Below are positions 27,655 through 39,789 of a stretch of DNA of 64,000 nt, piece by piece; the stretch's first letter is position 1; every line of letters starts with the position of its first letter. The DNA comes from Paraspadella gotoi (Eukaryota > Animalia > Chaetognatha), in NCBI GenBank assembly GCA_051294375.1, contig CM119266.1, positions 6,403,431-6,467,430 on the forward strand. Reading direction: 5' to 3'. Made by a program: the position numbers and the translations under genes. The notes under the pieces are model-generated. The model saw only the letters and a program-made list of their open reading frames with translations. It had not been told where the DNA came from and did no database searches.

Positions 27655-27900
27655 GTATTTTCCTAAAGGGCCCCATTTCAATTTTTACCTTATTAAATTT
27701 AAAATTAATTAAGTTTATATAAGTTCATCGTTTATGCAAAGAGGTTAAGGATAGGGATTAGGTTAAAGATTATATTAGGGATTAGGATTTAGTTACAGAT
27801 TTGGTTAGAAATCAAAGTAAGGGTTTGGGGTAAAGGGTTAGAGTGAGAAAGGTAAGGGTCAGGGATTAGGTTATCTATTTGGTTACAGTTTAGTGTTAAA
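27655..27900. mobile_element. Short element with a degenerate (GGTTAG)n core
   Basis: Flank TTTTCCTAAAGGGCCCCATTTC resembles the flanks at 31.06k, 34.38k and 49.27k; followed by degenerate GGTTAG/GGATTAG units. Confidence 0.5.
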
Positions 27901-28494
27901 TATTTAATTTAGAAGCTTTCAAACTATTATAAATATATACATTATACAAATTTATCCACACAACCTTTAATTATAAATGTATTTTAAAATTGTCAAGGTA
28001 AGTTGGATTAGTTTGATCACCGACCTTAAATACAAAAGTTTCTTAAGTTTCGTCCTTTTAAATTGATGTGGGTCGATTTCATGATTTTTGTTTGATTTCG
28101 AGCGAAAAAATTATCGATCAAATCGAAATTGTGTTTGTTTTAAATTTGTAGATTAAATAAAATGATAAGTTTGATTAATAAAAGAGGTTCGAGTGTTAGT
28201 CATTTCTCTTTCGCCATTTATAATCGCTGATTTTATTGTGAATTATATGTGTTTATTTCTTTTTCCGCGAAAAACGAAATTCGATAAATTTTATTTCATC
28301 GACTTTTATTTTTTTTTTTCAGTGATATAAACGATAAATTTAGCGCTGAAGTTGTTGGCGCTGACGATGGCTTGGCATTGACGCTACCGTGGCGCAAGAG
28401 CGGAGAAACTAAGAGTCGACGAAAAACGACGACGACGACGACACGGACGACGACGGCGACGTGACGCGGAAAAACGAGAGGAGGCGCGCGGTAC

Positions 28495-28856
28495 AGAGAG
28501 AGGAGAGAAGAGGAGAAGAGAGAGAGAGAGAGAGACGAGAGGAGAGAGAGAGAAGAGAGAGGAGAGAAAGAGTGGAGGGAGAGAGAGAAGGAGAAAGAGA
28601 AGGAGAGAGAAGAGAGAGAGAAGAGAGAGGAGAGAAGAGAGAAAAGAAAGAGAGAGAGAAGAAGAGAGAGAGAGAGAGAAGAAAGAGAGAGAGAGAGAGA
28701 GAAGAAAGAGAGAGAGAGAGAAGAGAGAGAGAGAGAAGAAAGAGAGAGAGAGAGAGGAGGAAGAGAGAAAAAGAAGAGAGAGAGAGAAAGAAAGAAGAGA
28801 GAGAAAGAAAGAGCAGAGAGAGAAAGAAAGAAAGAGAGGAGAGAGAGAGGAGAGAG

Positions 28857-28929
<73 letters not shown>

Positions 28930-28990
28930 AGAGGAGAGAGAGGAGAAGAGAGAGAGAGCAGAGACGAGGAGAGAGAGAGAGAGAGACGCG
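28495..28990. repeat. Imperfect (GA)n tract
   Basis: About 500 bp almost entirely G/A. Confidence 0.95.
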
Positions 28991-29942
28991 TGGATGAACG
29001 AGTCGGTGGGATGAGTTCAAGACGATCGTTCGGGAAAGGATGGGCGGTGAGGGGAAGAGGAGGAGGAGGAGGAAGAAGAGGAGGGTGAGTTCGAAAGTCA
29101 ATGGGGTAAGGCATTAGGGTGAGTGCTATTCGTGGACGGAGGACTGGTGGAGAGGGAGCTAAAAATAGAAAGTAGAGCACAACTTTTTTTTTAGTGAGAA
29201 AAGACAAAAGACTAACTTCTAAACACATTTCAAGCAATTTACGTCAAAAAAATAATAACAAAAAAAAAGAAAACTTATTTCGACGGCGTGACGTTCTCGT
29301 GATTGGTTGAGACAAACGAGGCTTATGATTGGCTGCTATGAAACCGGTTCCCGATTGGATGAGATCGTTGAAGCGCGAAAGCGAGATTGAAGAAACTCTT
29401 AGACGTCGACAAAAGGGAAATAAACAAACAAACAAAATGAACCATGAAAGTGAAAAGGGAAAGGAAAATGAAAATGAAAAGGGTGGGCGCGAGAAAAATA
29501 CTCCGGAGAATAGGTTGAGATTGAAAAATAGAATCCCTGCAAAAAAATAGGGAAAATGAAAAACCATTTCTTCAGAAAACCTAAGAGAAGAAAAATAAAA
29601 AAAATCGTCCGAAAGTTGAGGACTTTTTGTAAAAAAAAATAATTTCCTTTACCCAGAAATAAAAAAGTATAAAATAAAAAAAGAAAAAAATAAGAAAATA
29701 AATATAATAGTAAAACTTTAAATATTAATATTATTAAATAAGTATATATTTAAACAAATATCTATGAACAGACAGACCGACGGAAATGCGGTTTTATTGA
29801 ATATAAACCGCGCTTACGTGATGAGCTTGCCCAACTTTTTATTGTCTTCTCATTTTTTTTTTGGTCGAGAAAACATAAAAGTGACTTCGAAATGAGAGAA
29901 AGAGAAAGTAAGGCTTCTCATTCGTCGTTGTCGTCGTCGTCG

Positions 29943-29973
<31 letters not shown>

Positions 29974-30070
29974 CGTCGTGTTTTCATTTAAAATTTGTTA
30001 CCAAGAAACAAACTATAATTTTCTTTTTTTACTTCTTTAAAATCAATCTGGACAGATAACTAAATATATG

Positions 30071-30153
<83 letters not shown>

Positions 30154-30622
30154 ATTAAGTTAAATGAATAAATAATCAGAACAGTGAAATAAATCTAAAT
30201 AATTCGCTCAGTGCAAACTCGGCTAATCACATCCTCCTTTTATCTTCTTCATGGTCGGTCGGTCGGTCGGTTAAACGGTCGGTCGGTCGGTTAAACGGTC
30301 GGTCGGTCGGTAAAGAAAAGGAAGAAAGGAAACAGAAAAGGAAATAAGAAAAAAATAATAAATGAGGGAAGAGAGCGGATAAAGAAAAGAGAAATAGTCA
30401 TTGCTAATCAATAATCATAGTCAAAGGTACCAAAAAAAAATTATGAAACTATTTAACTCGTAATATAAATTCATAAACATGAGCGAAACAACGTAATGTC
30501 TTCATTTAAATTTAATTTTCATCCCAAAGCAAAATATAAAACGCCATTACAAAAACAGTATCATAGCGAAAAATACTAGACTTAGATAATACAATGCTTC
30601 ATTCTCGATGCCCTTAGATGCC

Positions 30623-31768
30623 CTAAATGCCGCAAGCCATCCACGACGTCTCCACGTAACCTTTTCCTTGTCCAGAGTCGCGGATTTGAAAAGCGACATC
30701 TATTCCGTTGGCGTCGACACGTTTGACGACGACGCTGTACCAAATCGGACGCATCGTCGCGTCGTCGACGGCCTTCGTCACGCCCACCTAAGGAGGAATA
30801 AACAAATGAACAGGTTTTTTTTTTATTTAAGCCGATCAGAGCTCACCTGGCGGGGAATATGAAAAATATGTAAATATATATGTATGTATATATGTAAATA
30901 TTTCCGATTGACAAAACGATCACAAATAAACAATAAGTCCTTGTGACGTCATATTAAAAGTCCAAACACAGATATCACGACTCTTTGGGTCTAACAAACA
31001 GTTTCCTCTCGTATTCTATTAACTGTATCTGAGGTATCAAACATTCGGCCTTCTTCACCCAGAACGCCCTATTTCAGTTTTTAAGTTTTTAGATTAGGTT
31101 AATGGTTAGGGTTAGAGATTAAATTATGAATGATGGTTTGAGATTAGGTTAGTAATTAGGGTCAGGGTTCAGGGTTAGGGATTAAGATTTTGGGTAAGAG
31201 GTAAAGATTAAAAATTAGAGATAGTGGTAAAGGATTAGGTTAGGATTAGTGATTAGGATTATTGATTTGGTTATAGGTTCATTGACAGATTTAAGTTATA
31301 TTTAATAATTGAAATTTATTTTAAAGATTAAAAAAACGAAATGGGCCGCTTTTAGAGAAGAGAGCATGCAATAAAACCAACCTCGACCGTAGGTTTTGAC
31401 GCGAATGGAGTTCTGAAGCGAAGAGACCTCACGACTTCAGTCGAAGGCAAAAAGCCGGAGTAGAGAATTCCGGATTCGCATCGGGGGTTGGCGAGGGCTT
31501 GGGGGGGAAGGGGGGGAGGGGTGGATGAAAATGGACGAGGTGGTTGTTGAAGGGCAAAGTTGAGATATCAGATTATTTGGATGATTTATAAAAAAGAACG
31601 GCGTAAAAAAATTGACGCTCCTCTCTGTTTATCAAAATTGTCTCTACATTACGTTACAATCTAAATTCATTTAAGTTATTATTTTATTTATTTTATTATA
31701 ATTATTTTCTTACTTGTCGCAACAATGACGGAAAAAACCAGAAGAAAAGAAAGCGTCGCAGTCGCCAT
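30623..31768 (-). CDS. Secreted stand-alone H-type lectin-like protein, 111 aa
   Basis: Exons 31768-31714, 31497-31382, 30787-30623. MATATLSFLLVFSVIVATTLA|NPRCESG...LRFRTPFASKPTVEVGVTKAVDDATMRPIW...DSG..GYVETSWMACGI*. The CESG / F..PF...P.V..G / SWMACG pattern fits the H-type lectin fold; clearly paralogous to the C-terminal domain at 36627-36922. Confidence 0.8.
31050..31362. mobile_element. MITE-like element with (GGTTAG)n core in lectin intron 2
   Basis: Imperfect inverted ends (CGCCCTATTTCAGTTTT ... AAAACGAAATGGGCCG) around degenerate GGTTAG repeats. Confidence 0.55.
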
Positions 31769-33519
31769 CTTGTTTTTTTCCGGATTAAAAATCGAAAATA
31801 ATGATTTTTAGATTTTTGATTTTTGATTATTGAGCTGTAATTTTTGTGCGACTAGATTATTGGAAGAGAATTTCTTTGATTTTTCACTGACGTTTTACGA
31901 TTTTTTTTCTTTTTGTTTCGTGAGGCAGAAATCAAATACCACGTGACACTTTTTAAGTCCTTGATTCGATCAAACCACAATTCATTTGTCTCTTTTTTTT
32001 ATTCTAAGATATCTAAACATTTTCCATATTGACTCCTCATTTCTTGACTTTTCGACAAACATTGCACAAAATTTGTTGAACAAGAGAAATATTTCGCAAA
32101 TATAGATTTTTAAAATAGGAATCCATACATGTACTAAGTCAAAAAGAATTCGGTCCAGCCATTCAGGAGCTATAGTGAAATTGGAAAAAACTATTTTAAA
32201 AGATCCGCAAAAAAACCGAGGCCTCTTTTTGACCTTAATTTATGGGAGTTTTATATATTATATATATCAATATATTTATATATTATATTTTATTTATTAT
32301 TATATATATTATGAAAAATTAGGAATGGGAAATTTGGATTTTTAAAAGAGGAATCCTTGTATATAACCTAAATGAAAAAAGGTATCGTCATTCATGGTTA
32401 AAAATATGTTAATTTCCTTTTGCTTTATTGCTGTTTGAGTAGTTACTTTTAAAAAACAAATAGCCAAATTTTAATAAAATTTGAACTATAGTTCTTTTAT
32501 CCATTATTGACCTATAATATCTTCCATAAAGAAGGAACCTAACATGATTTATTTACGTAGTGTTTTAGGGCGGCCTCTTTTTTTCACAGGACTGTATAGA
32601 CTTTTTTGTTATTGAGTACCATATTAGGAATCATTGTAGTAGATTAATTTGTGAATTAGTTCAAATAAGATTGAGTTCCTCAATTTCATTTGCATATTGT
32701 CGTATTCTGATTAAGCTTTGATAAAATTTTGTTCTATTACCCTGTTATATCATCTGTTGATTATATATTACACTATTTAATTATACTTTAATAGTTTTAA
32801 AAATTTTAATCTCAATTAAACACTAAATACACAATTTTTATAAATATCCATTGAATTGGTATCTTATCATTCATTACTTTCCTACCATCCTATAATCTTT
32901 AAAATAATTTTAAAAACTCTCCTTTCCCAAAATGTGAGCTCAGTTCTTAATGGTCCAATACGCAGTTCTCCATATATAATTTTATTTCAATTACCACAAG
33001 TATTAACATGATGAGAAAACTAAACAAACTCACCCTCACACAGACAAGAACTTCTCGTAATAATAATAAAAAATCACTCCTCCCACTTTAAAAAAAAATC
33101 TCAATAGGATGAAGTCTTTTGTTCGCGACCGAAAGAGGGCGCCATCCATCCAACAAAAAATGGCGTCGTTTTCAAAAAGTGGGCGCGGCCGACGTTGATT
33201 GGACCGGCTTTGTTCCGCCGTCAACGTCTTCGTCGACGGGGACAGGCCCCTTTTGTTATCGTCATTCATTGTTCTTTTGTTCGGCTCGTCAAAATTATAG
33301 ACCAAAACGTCACACCGAGACTTTTCTCGAAATATTTTTTAAATACTCGACATCGACGAAAATAAAAAGGAAAAAAAAATCAACTCATTTTATTTTTTTT
33401 TTCTGATTTTCAAGATTAAATTCAGAAATAATTTGTTGTTAATTAGAAAGGCGAAAGTGAAAGCGCCTCTAACGAGTAATAAAGAAAACAAAACGACAAA
33501 AAAAATAATATCAATAAAA

Positions 33520-35703
33520 ATGGGTTTTACAACCAGATTTCTCGTCTGCTTGGCCTTCGCAGTGATGGCGGCGGAATTAAGTAAGAATTCCCACTTTTAC
33601 ATCAAAATTATTATGTAGACTGTTCGCTTGTTTCACCAATAAAAAGTTGTAGCCGGTTATTTTATTATAATACTATTATTTGATGAAAACGTCACGGCCT
33701 CGATAAAGACGACAAAGTCAAATTTGAAAAGTTGATGACCAAATATAATCCCAATAAGCTTCCACTGTGTTCCATTTCCACAAATACATTTCGTACTTGA
33801 CACAAATCCGATTCCACAAATATGTGAAAACAATTTCACAAACGCAAATACAATTGGCCAATGCCACAATTCTATTCCTCAAATGCTAGAGTCTCCAAAG
33901 GCCACAAAAACCCTTAACCTGACCCCACCCGGGCTCACCCTACCCCACCCCGTCTACCGTCACAGGCGACGCCTCCTGTTTGAAGTCGAAGAAGATCGAC
34001 CTCCAAATTCTCGTCGACTCCTCGGATTCCGTCACGAAGCCGAATTTCCAGAAGATGATGAAGGTGATGAAGGCGTTGGGGGGGGGCAAGGGGGGGCGTG
34101 ATTTGGGGTTGGGACAAAGGGGTTGGGATCTGGGGGGGGAGCCTGTGATGATCTGAATAAAATTTGATTGAATTAAGAATATTGAGACTTTTTTTTGTTT
34201 GGTTTTTTTTTTTCAATTATTTAACACTCTCAATATTTTCTCAAAATTTTTAATACTTATTCTTTTACATTTAATACGGTTCTTCTCCAATACTCCGACA
34301 AATTACATTGCAGTTTTTCTCTCCGTACTACCAACTCAATTAGCTGGTGTAGTTTTTCCTAGCCCATTCCGGCCTTATTTTCCTAGAACGCCCATTTTCA
34401 TCTAAATTACGTTTTGTTTTTAAAAGTTAACGGTTAATATTAGGGATTAGGTTAAGGATTAGGTTTGAGAGGTTTAGCATTAGGTTAGTAATTATGGTTA
34501 AGGATTAAGGGTTCGGGTTAGAAATTATGCATAAGGGTTTAAGATTAAGTTTCAGGATTAGGTTAGGACTTGAGATTAGGGTTATGGATTAAGGTTAGGT
34601 TTTGGGCTATAACTTTAAGAACATATTTAGATTAATTGTTTAGTTTTAATTAATTAATTAATTTTAATTAATTAATTAAAATTAAAATCCGGAATTAAGA
34701 AATAAAAATGAGGCCCTCTGGGAAAAGAGAGCCGTTTTTCCTTGGTATTCCAACGTATTATTATTATCCAAAGTAGTTCCTGTCTCTCGGTTCCCTTTGG
34801 TTTCGCCCTCCACTTTTTCAAGGCGAAAATAAATGAAGGGAAAAAACATTTGTTTCGTCCTTCGTTTCTCGTAACGAAGAAAACTCGGGATGTACGGACG
34901 GATGGATTTTTCTGTTTTGTTTTTTTTCCCAGTTTTGTTTTGCCTTTGTTGTGTATTATCTATCTACTGATTGAGAACATTATTCAATAAAATACATTCA
35001 ACGAACAATCAACTTTCTATGGAACGTATAGGTAAAAAAAAAAGTAAACGGATTAGTTTTGCTCTTTGAATAATAAATAATAGTTAACACCTCAAAAGTA
35101 TAAAATTGATATAATTGCAAGAACATTGATGTCCCCTTAAGGCGATCGCGAATGATGTGGTGAACGAAATGGAAATTGGTGAAGGAAAAGGAAACGTCGC
35201 TCTCTACGTTTATTCTCACGTCATGGAAAAAGAGTTTGGACTAAAAGAGTGAGAAACTTTTTCATTATTATTTAAAACATTTTATTATCCTTTTTATCAG
35301 TAACATTTACAATATTTCTCGTTGTTGGATTTTATAACAATAACAAAAAACAAATAAAGAATAAACCGTGAATGGTCTCACATTTCAGCCACTTGACGAA
35401 AGAGGCGGTGAAGGAGGCGCTGGTGAAGACTCAATTCATCGGCGGCGCGACGCGGACGGGCAAAGCGATGGAGGAAGCGTTGAAGATCTTTGATGAAGAC
35501 TCCAAGAAAGACGAGGATGCGTTGAAGGTCCGTTGGAGTGGGTGGAAAGGGTAACTGGGGTTAGGAAGGTTGTAGTTGGGATTGCTGGGGTCGGGTTTAA
35601 GGGGAGGACGAGGTCGGCGTTTGCTTTCAAGCTGAGAGTGTTATTTTTGTTTCTATTGTTCCTATTGGCTCCCAGAACGCGCAACCTTCGAACTCTCAAT
35701 CCA

Positions 35704-35745
<42 letters not shown>

Positions 35746-36922
35746 CTGCGAGATTAAACCATTCACGATCTAAACGTTAACATTTCATCACGACGTTCAG
35801 TTTTGCTTGGTCTTCACCGACGGGCAAGCAAGCGATCGCTCGATGGTTCCGGCGGCGTCGTCTGCTTGGAGGAAGAAGGGAGTCAAGATCTTCGCTATCG
35901 GAATCGGAAATCAAATCGATTTGGCGGGTGAGGATTGAAGAGGACGAGGCATCCCAACTCATTATTTATAAATTATTTTATTCTGTTAATTGTTATTAAA
36001 TTTTAAAACTTATACAACTTTTTTTTAAAAAACATATTTATAAATTTATTATTCAATTAACCCTAGTTATTTAATTAAGATATTTTTATTAGGATAATGA
36101 ATATATAATTTGTTTTAAGATTCTAACCTTTAATATATTTGTTATTTCATCAAGGTTAGAGAGAGGTTAGTGAACAATGACTGAACATTGTCGCCTGGAA
36201 AATAATATTTTATTAAGTCTTATTCTTCAGAAATTATTTATTTCTTCCTGATGGCTGAATATACAAAGTAATGGTCAAGTTCATTATTTAAACAATCAAA
36301 GTCACCCTGCAAACCTTAGCGCAAGTAATTAATGTTTTAAAATTGTCGAATTTCAGGTTTGACTGAAATCGCGGGAACAGCTGATCACGTGATTCAGCTC
36401 AAATCCTTTGACGAAATCGGATCAGTCGCTCAGCAACTTTTCGGCAAAGTCTGTCAGACTGTCAAACGTGAGTATCGTGTAATAATGATTTATCACTGTT
36501 GTCATAATGTTATGACTCATTATTTTAAACTCCTCCTTTCAAATTTCCTTCTTTTCTCCTTTTCATTTCCCTCTTCTTTTCCTCCTCCTCCTCCTCCTCC
36601 TCCCTCCCTCCTCCCATCGCCTATAGCCGAACCCCTTCAATCCGCCTTCCGCTGCGAATCCGGCCACGAGGTCGTCCAGCGTCTCGGCTTCTTCAAGATC
36701 ACTCCCATCCGAGTCAACTTCGTCAAGCCTTTCGTCAACGTCCCCGCCTTCACTTGGGGCATCACCAAGGCCGTGGACGACGCCAAGATGGAACCCACTT
36801 GGGCAAACGTGTGGATGAAGGACGGGCTCGACAAGGCGGGGGCCTCCATGGGGGCCTTGGTCTACGACAGCGGGAAATCGAGGAACATCTTGGAGTTCTC
36901 TTGGATGGCCTGCGGGGTTTGA
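33520..36922 (+). CDS. Secreted von Willebrand factor A (VWA) domain plus C-terminal H-type lectin-like domain, ~312 aa
   Basis: Exons 33520-33580, 33966-34063, 35142-35248, 35389-35527, 35801-35927, 36357-36467, 36627-36922. Signal peptide; intact MIDAS (IDLQILVDSSDSV, GGATRTGKAM, LVFTDG, GVKIFAIGIG); terminal domain RCESG...VNFVKPFVNVPAFTWGITKAVDD...SWMACGV*. An extra coding-like segment at ~33690-33770 lacks an AG acceptor. Confidence 0.85.
34375..34730. mobile_element. MITE-like element with (GGTTAG)n core in a VWA intron
   Basis: TTTCCTAGAACGCCCATTTTC ... AAAAATGAGGCCCTCTGGGAAAA imperfect inverted ends around degenerate GGTTAG units. Confidence 0.55.
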
Positions 36923-37257
36923 GTGGGGAGAGAGATGGGGGGGAAGTGAGAGTGGTTGGGTGGGAATTGAGGGGGGGGTTGGGGTTGAATTTTGGGGGGG
37001 AAAGGGGGGGGAGTCAGTTGGACGAGGACGAGTTGGTTTATCGGTTGTGGTTGACGGTTGTGGATCCAAAAAAAATCATTCGAAGATCAATTTCAAATTC
37101 GCGATTAAAGATTGAAGTTGTATATTCATATTGATTAATTTAATAAAAAAAATTTTTATTATGAAATAAAATGATTAATTGATTGACTTGGACACTTTTT
37201 TTGATACGATGACGAGTGAGGGAAAAATGAAGAAGGAAAAAAGGAAGGAAAAAAAGA

Positions 37258-37290
<33 letters not shown>

Positions 37291-37295
37291 AATTC

Positions 37296-37326
<31 letters not shown>

Positions 37327-37543
37327 ATTATAAATTAATAATTAAATAAATAAATAAATAAATTTAAATTAAATAATAAATTAAATAATAAATAAATAAA
37401 TAAATATAAATAAATAAAAAATAAAATAAATAAATAAATATTAAATATAAATTAATAATTAAATAAATAAATAAAATAAATAAATTTATAAATTAATAAA
37501 TAAATAAATAATAATAAATAAATAAATAAATAAATAAATAAAA

Positions 37544-37587
<44 letters not shown>

Positions 37588-38345
37588 AAAATAAATAATA
37601 ATTAAAAAAAGAAAAAAGACAGACAAACTAAGAGAGATGAGGAGACAGAGAGGGAGAGAGTCAGCCCGTTATCAGACTTCGAGGCTTCGTCATCATCATT
37701 CTTTCAGGCGTCAAAATCCACTGTGAGACTTCGTCACAATCCACTGTGTGGCTTCGACGACGTGAAAAGATTAAATCTTTTGAAAGGACAGATTGAAGAG
37801 AGAATATTGTGAAGTGTGCAGTGTTCAGTGAACTGTTTAGAGGGCACTGTGCACTGAGCGGTTTTCATTTCGGTTAGCGTTGTTGTGACATCGTAAAAAA
37901 AATATTTTGTCCTGCGAGTGACACCGATATCTATAAAGGACTAAATTTAATAAGTAAACTAGTGAACTATTAATATTTTTCGCAATAATGATTTTTGTGA
38001 AATCAAGCTTTCCATTTTTGTTTTTAAATTTTACGCGGATGAAAACAAAAAAAGGGAATAGAGTTGGAAAAAATTTTTATTTCAGTCTATGATATTTTCT
38101 AAACGATTTTTTAAAAAATGAGAGCGATAGGTATTCATCATACTTTACCTAAAAATAAAACTACTTCTATAAAAATAAAGCAGCCAAATTCCGTTCGCGA
38201 AAAAATAATCTATTATTTTCTACAAACGCGTACCTAATTTGAGATTATTTATCAATTTCCCTTCCTTCCCTATTCCATAAAAAAATATATATAAAATAAT
38301 CCCCTTTTGCGATTCTTGACTTCGACGTTCGTTGCTACTTTGTTT

Positions 38346-39425
38346 TCACTTGAAGAGGACGGGCACCGGCTCGTACTTCACGGGATAGACACCAGGGACA
38401 ATGCCGACCGCGGGAGGGTCGTCGGCCTTGCTTCGTCTTCTGAACAAATAGTCAAACTCGGACGGGTTCTTTTTCTCGATGCAATACTGAGCCCTGATTG
38501 AGTAAGAGAAAGGAAAGAGAAGGACTACTTTTAGTAATTTTACTATGTCAACAGGCGTCAATTAATCATTAATGACAGGTCAAATTAAGAAGAATCCAAT
38601 TGAAGATAATAAAATCTTGCGAGACCATGTCCCAAATCAGAAGCTAAAATTAACTATTCAAAATCACAAATCCAAAATCACGAATCAACATTTTCAAATC
38701 CACAATAAAAATCAAAACTCCAAATTCGTAATCCACAATCTCAAATGATAAAATCTCCACTGCTGATTCCTCCAAATAAAAAAATCTAAATCCCGACATC
38801 TTTAAATCTTGACCTGTACTCGCAGTTGTTGGTGACGATGATGGTCGGCGGTTTGAAGGAGTTGGCGGCGAGCGGTTCCATCTTCCCGCAAGACCAGTTG
38901 ACGCGATCGAGGAACTTCTTCATCGCGGCGAACTTGTCGTCGAAGCAGGGACGGGAGGACATGAAGTCGTCGTACCTTGAGGACAAAGGGGGAAAGGAGA
39001 AAGTGGACAGGATAAACAGAAAGGACAAAGGACAATAATGAGAGGAAATAAAGTCGTGCGATGAGGACAAAGTGGAAAGGACAAAAGTTTAGGATGGGAG
39101 GACAATGGGACAAAGACAAGCAAGGACAAAAGGATATAACGTCGTTAGCATTTGTGGACAAAGGGAAAGGATAAAGTCAAGGACTTGAGGACAAGAAGTC
39201 GTAACTTAGGACCAAATTGAAAGACAATGCTAAAGAACAAAAACTATCGACACTTGGGACAAAGTTTAAACGATAAGGACAATTCCAGGACATTCTCTCT
39301 CACCATCCGTTAAAGACTTTGTGATCGGACTGCCAGGCCGGCGGGCATGGTTTCCCGTTGTCCGTCAAGTGACGATGACTCTCCGCCATCGGGTAGCCCG
39401 ATCGTCGCGTGTGACAGTTGGACAT
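38346..39425 (-). CDS. Three-exon gene, 143-aa protein of unknown function, no signal peptide
   Basis: Exons 39425-39304, 38975-38814, 38493-38346, in phase (2,2): MSNCHTRRSGYPMAESH...FNGW|YDDFMSSRPCFDDKF...NNCEYR|AQYCIEKKNPSEFDY...VGIVPGVYPVKYEPVPVLFK*. C/G-ending codon bias as in neighbouring genes; lies tail-to-tail with the VWA gene. Confidence 0.75.
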
Positions 39426-39789
39426 TTTCGGTGGTCGGTCGGTCAGTCTGTCCGAAATCGAGAAGAGAGAGAAAACCCGGGAAATCCCGCTAAGGAGGAA
39501 TCAGATCGATACGAGGGAAACGGAGAAGAGAAAAGTTGAAGGGACGGGAATTTTATTTTGTCCCATCGATAAAGGAATATTAATCATAATTGTTTAGGCT
39601 TTGCATTTATGTTGAAATGAAAAAGATTTCGAGTAATTTTTGGTCCCAAGCGTCCCATACTCCGCATATTATATATATATTTCAGGCCATATGCGGGCTA
39701 AATGCAAATTAAAAAATAAAAAGAAACTAATAAAAATTAAATTGTTTTTGTGTTTATTAATTAATTAATAAGCATCTTCCATCTTTATC

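Noticed and set aside
28296-29237. 313-aa LS-rich and ER-rich ORFs
   Set aside because: Translations of the (GA)n tract.
32020-32600. Possible Tc1/mariner-type MITE ending ...GGACTGTA
   Set aside because: No matching left terminal repeat was found.
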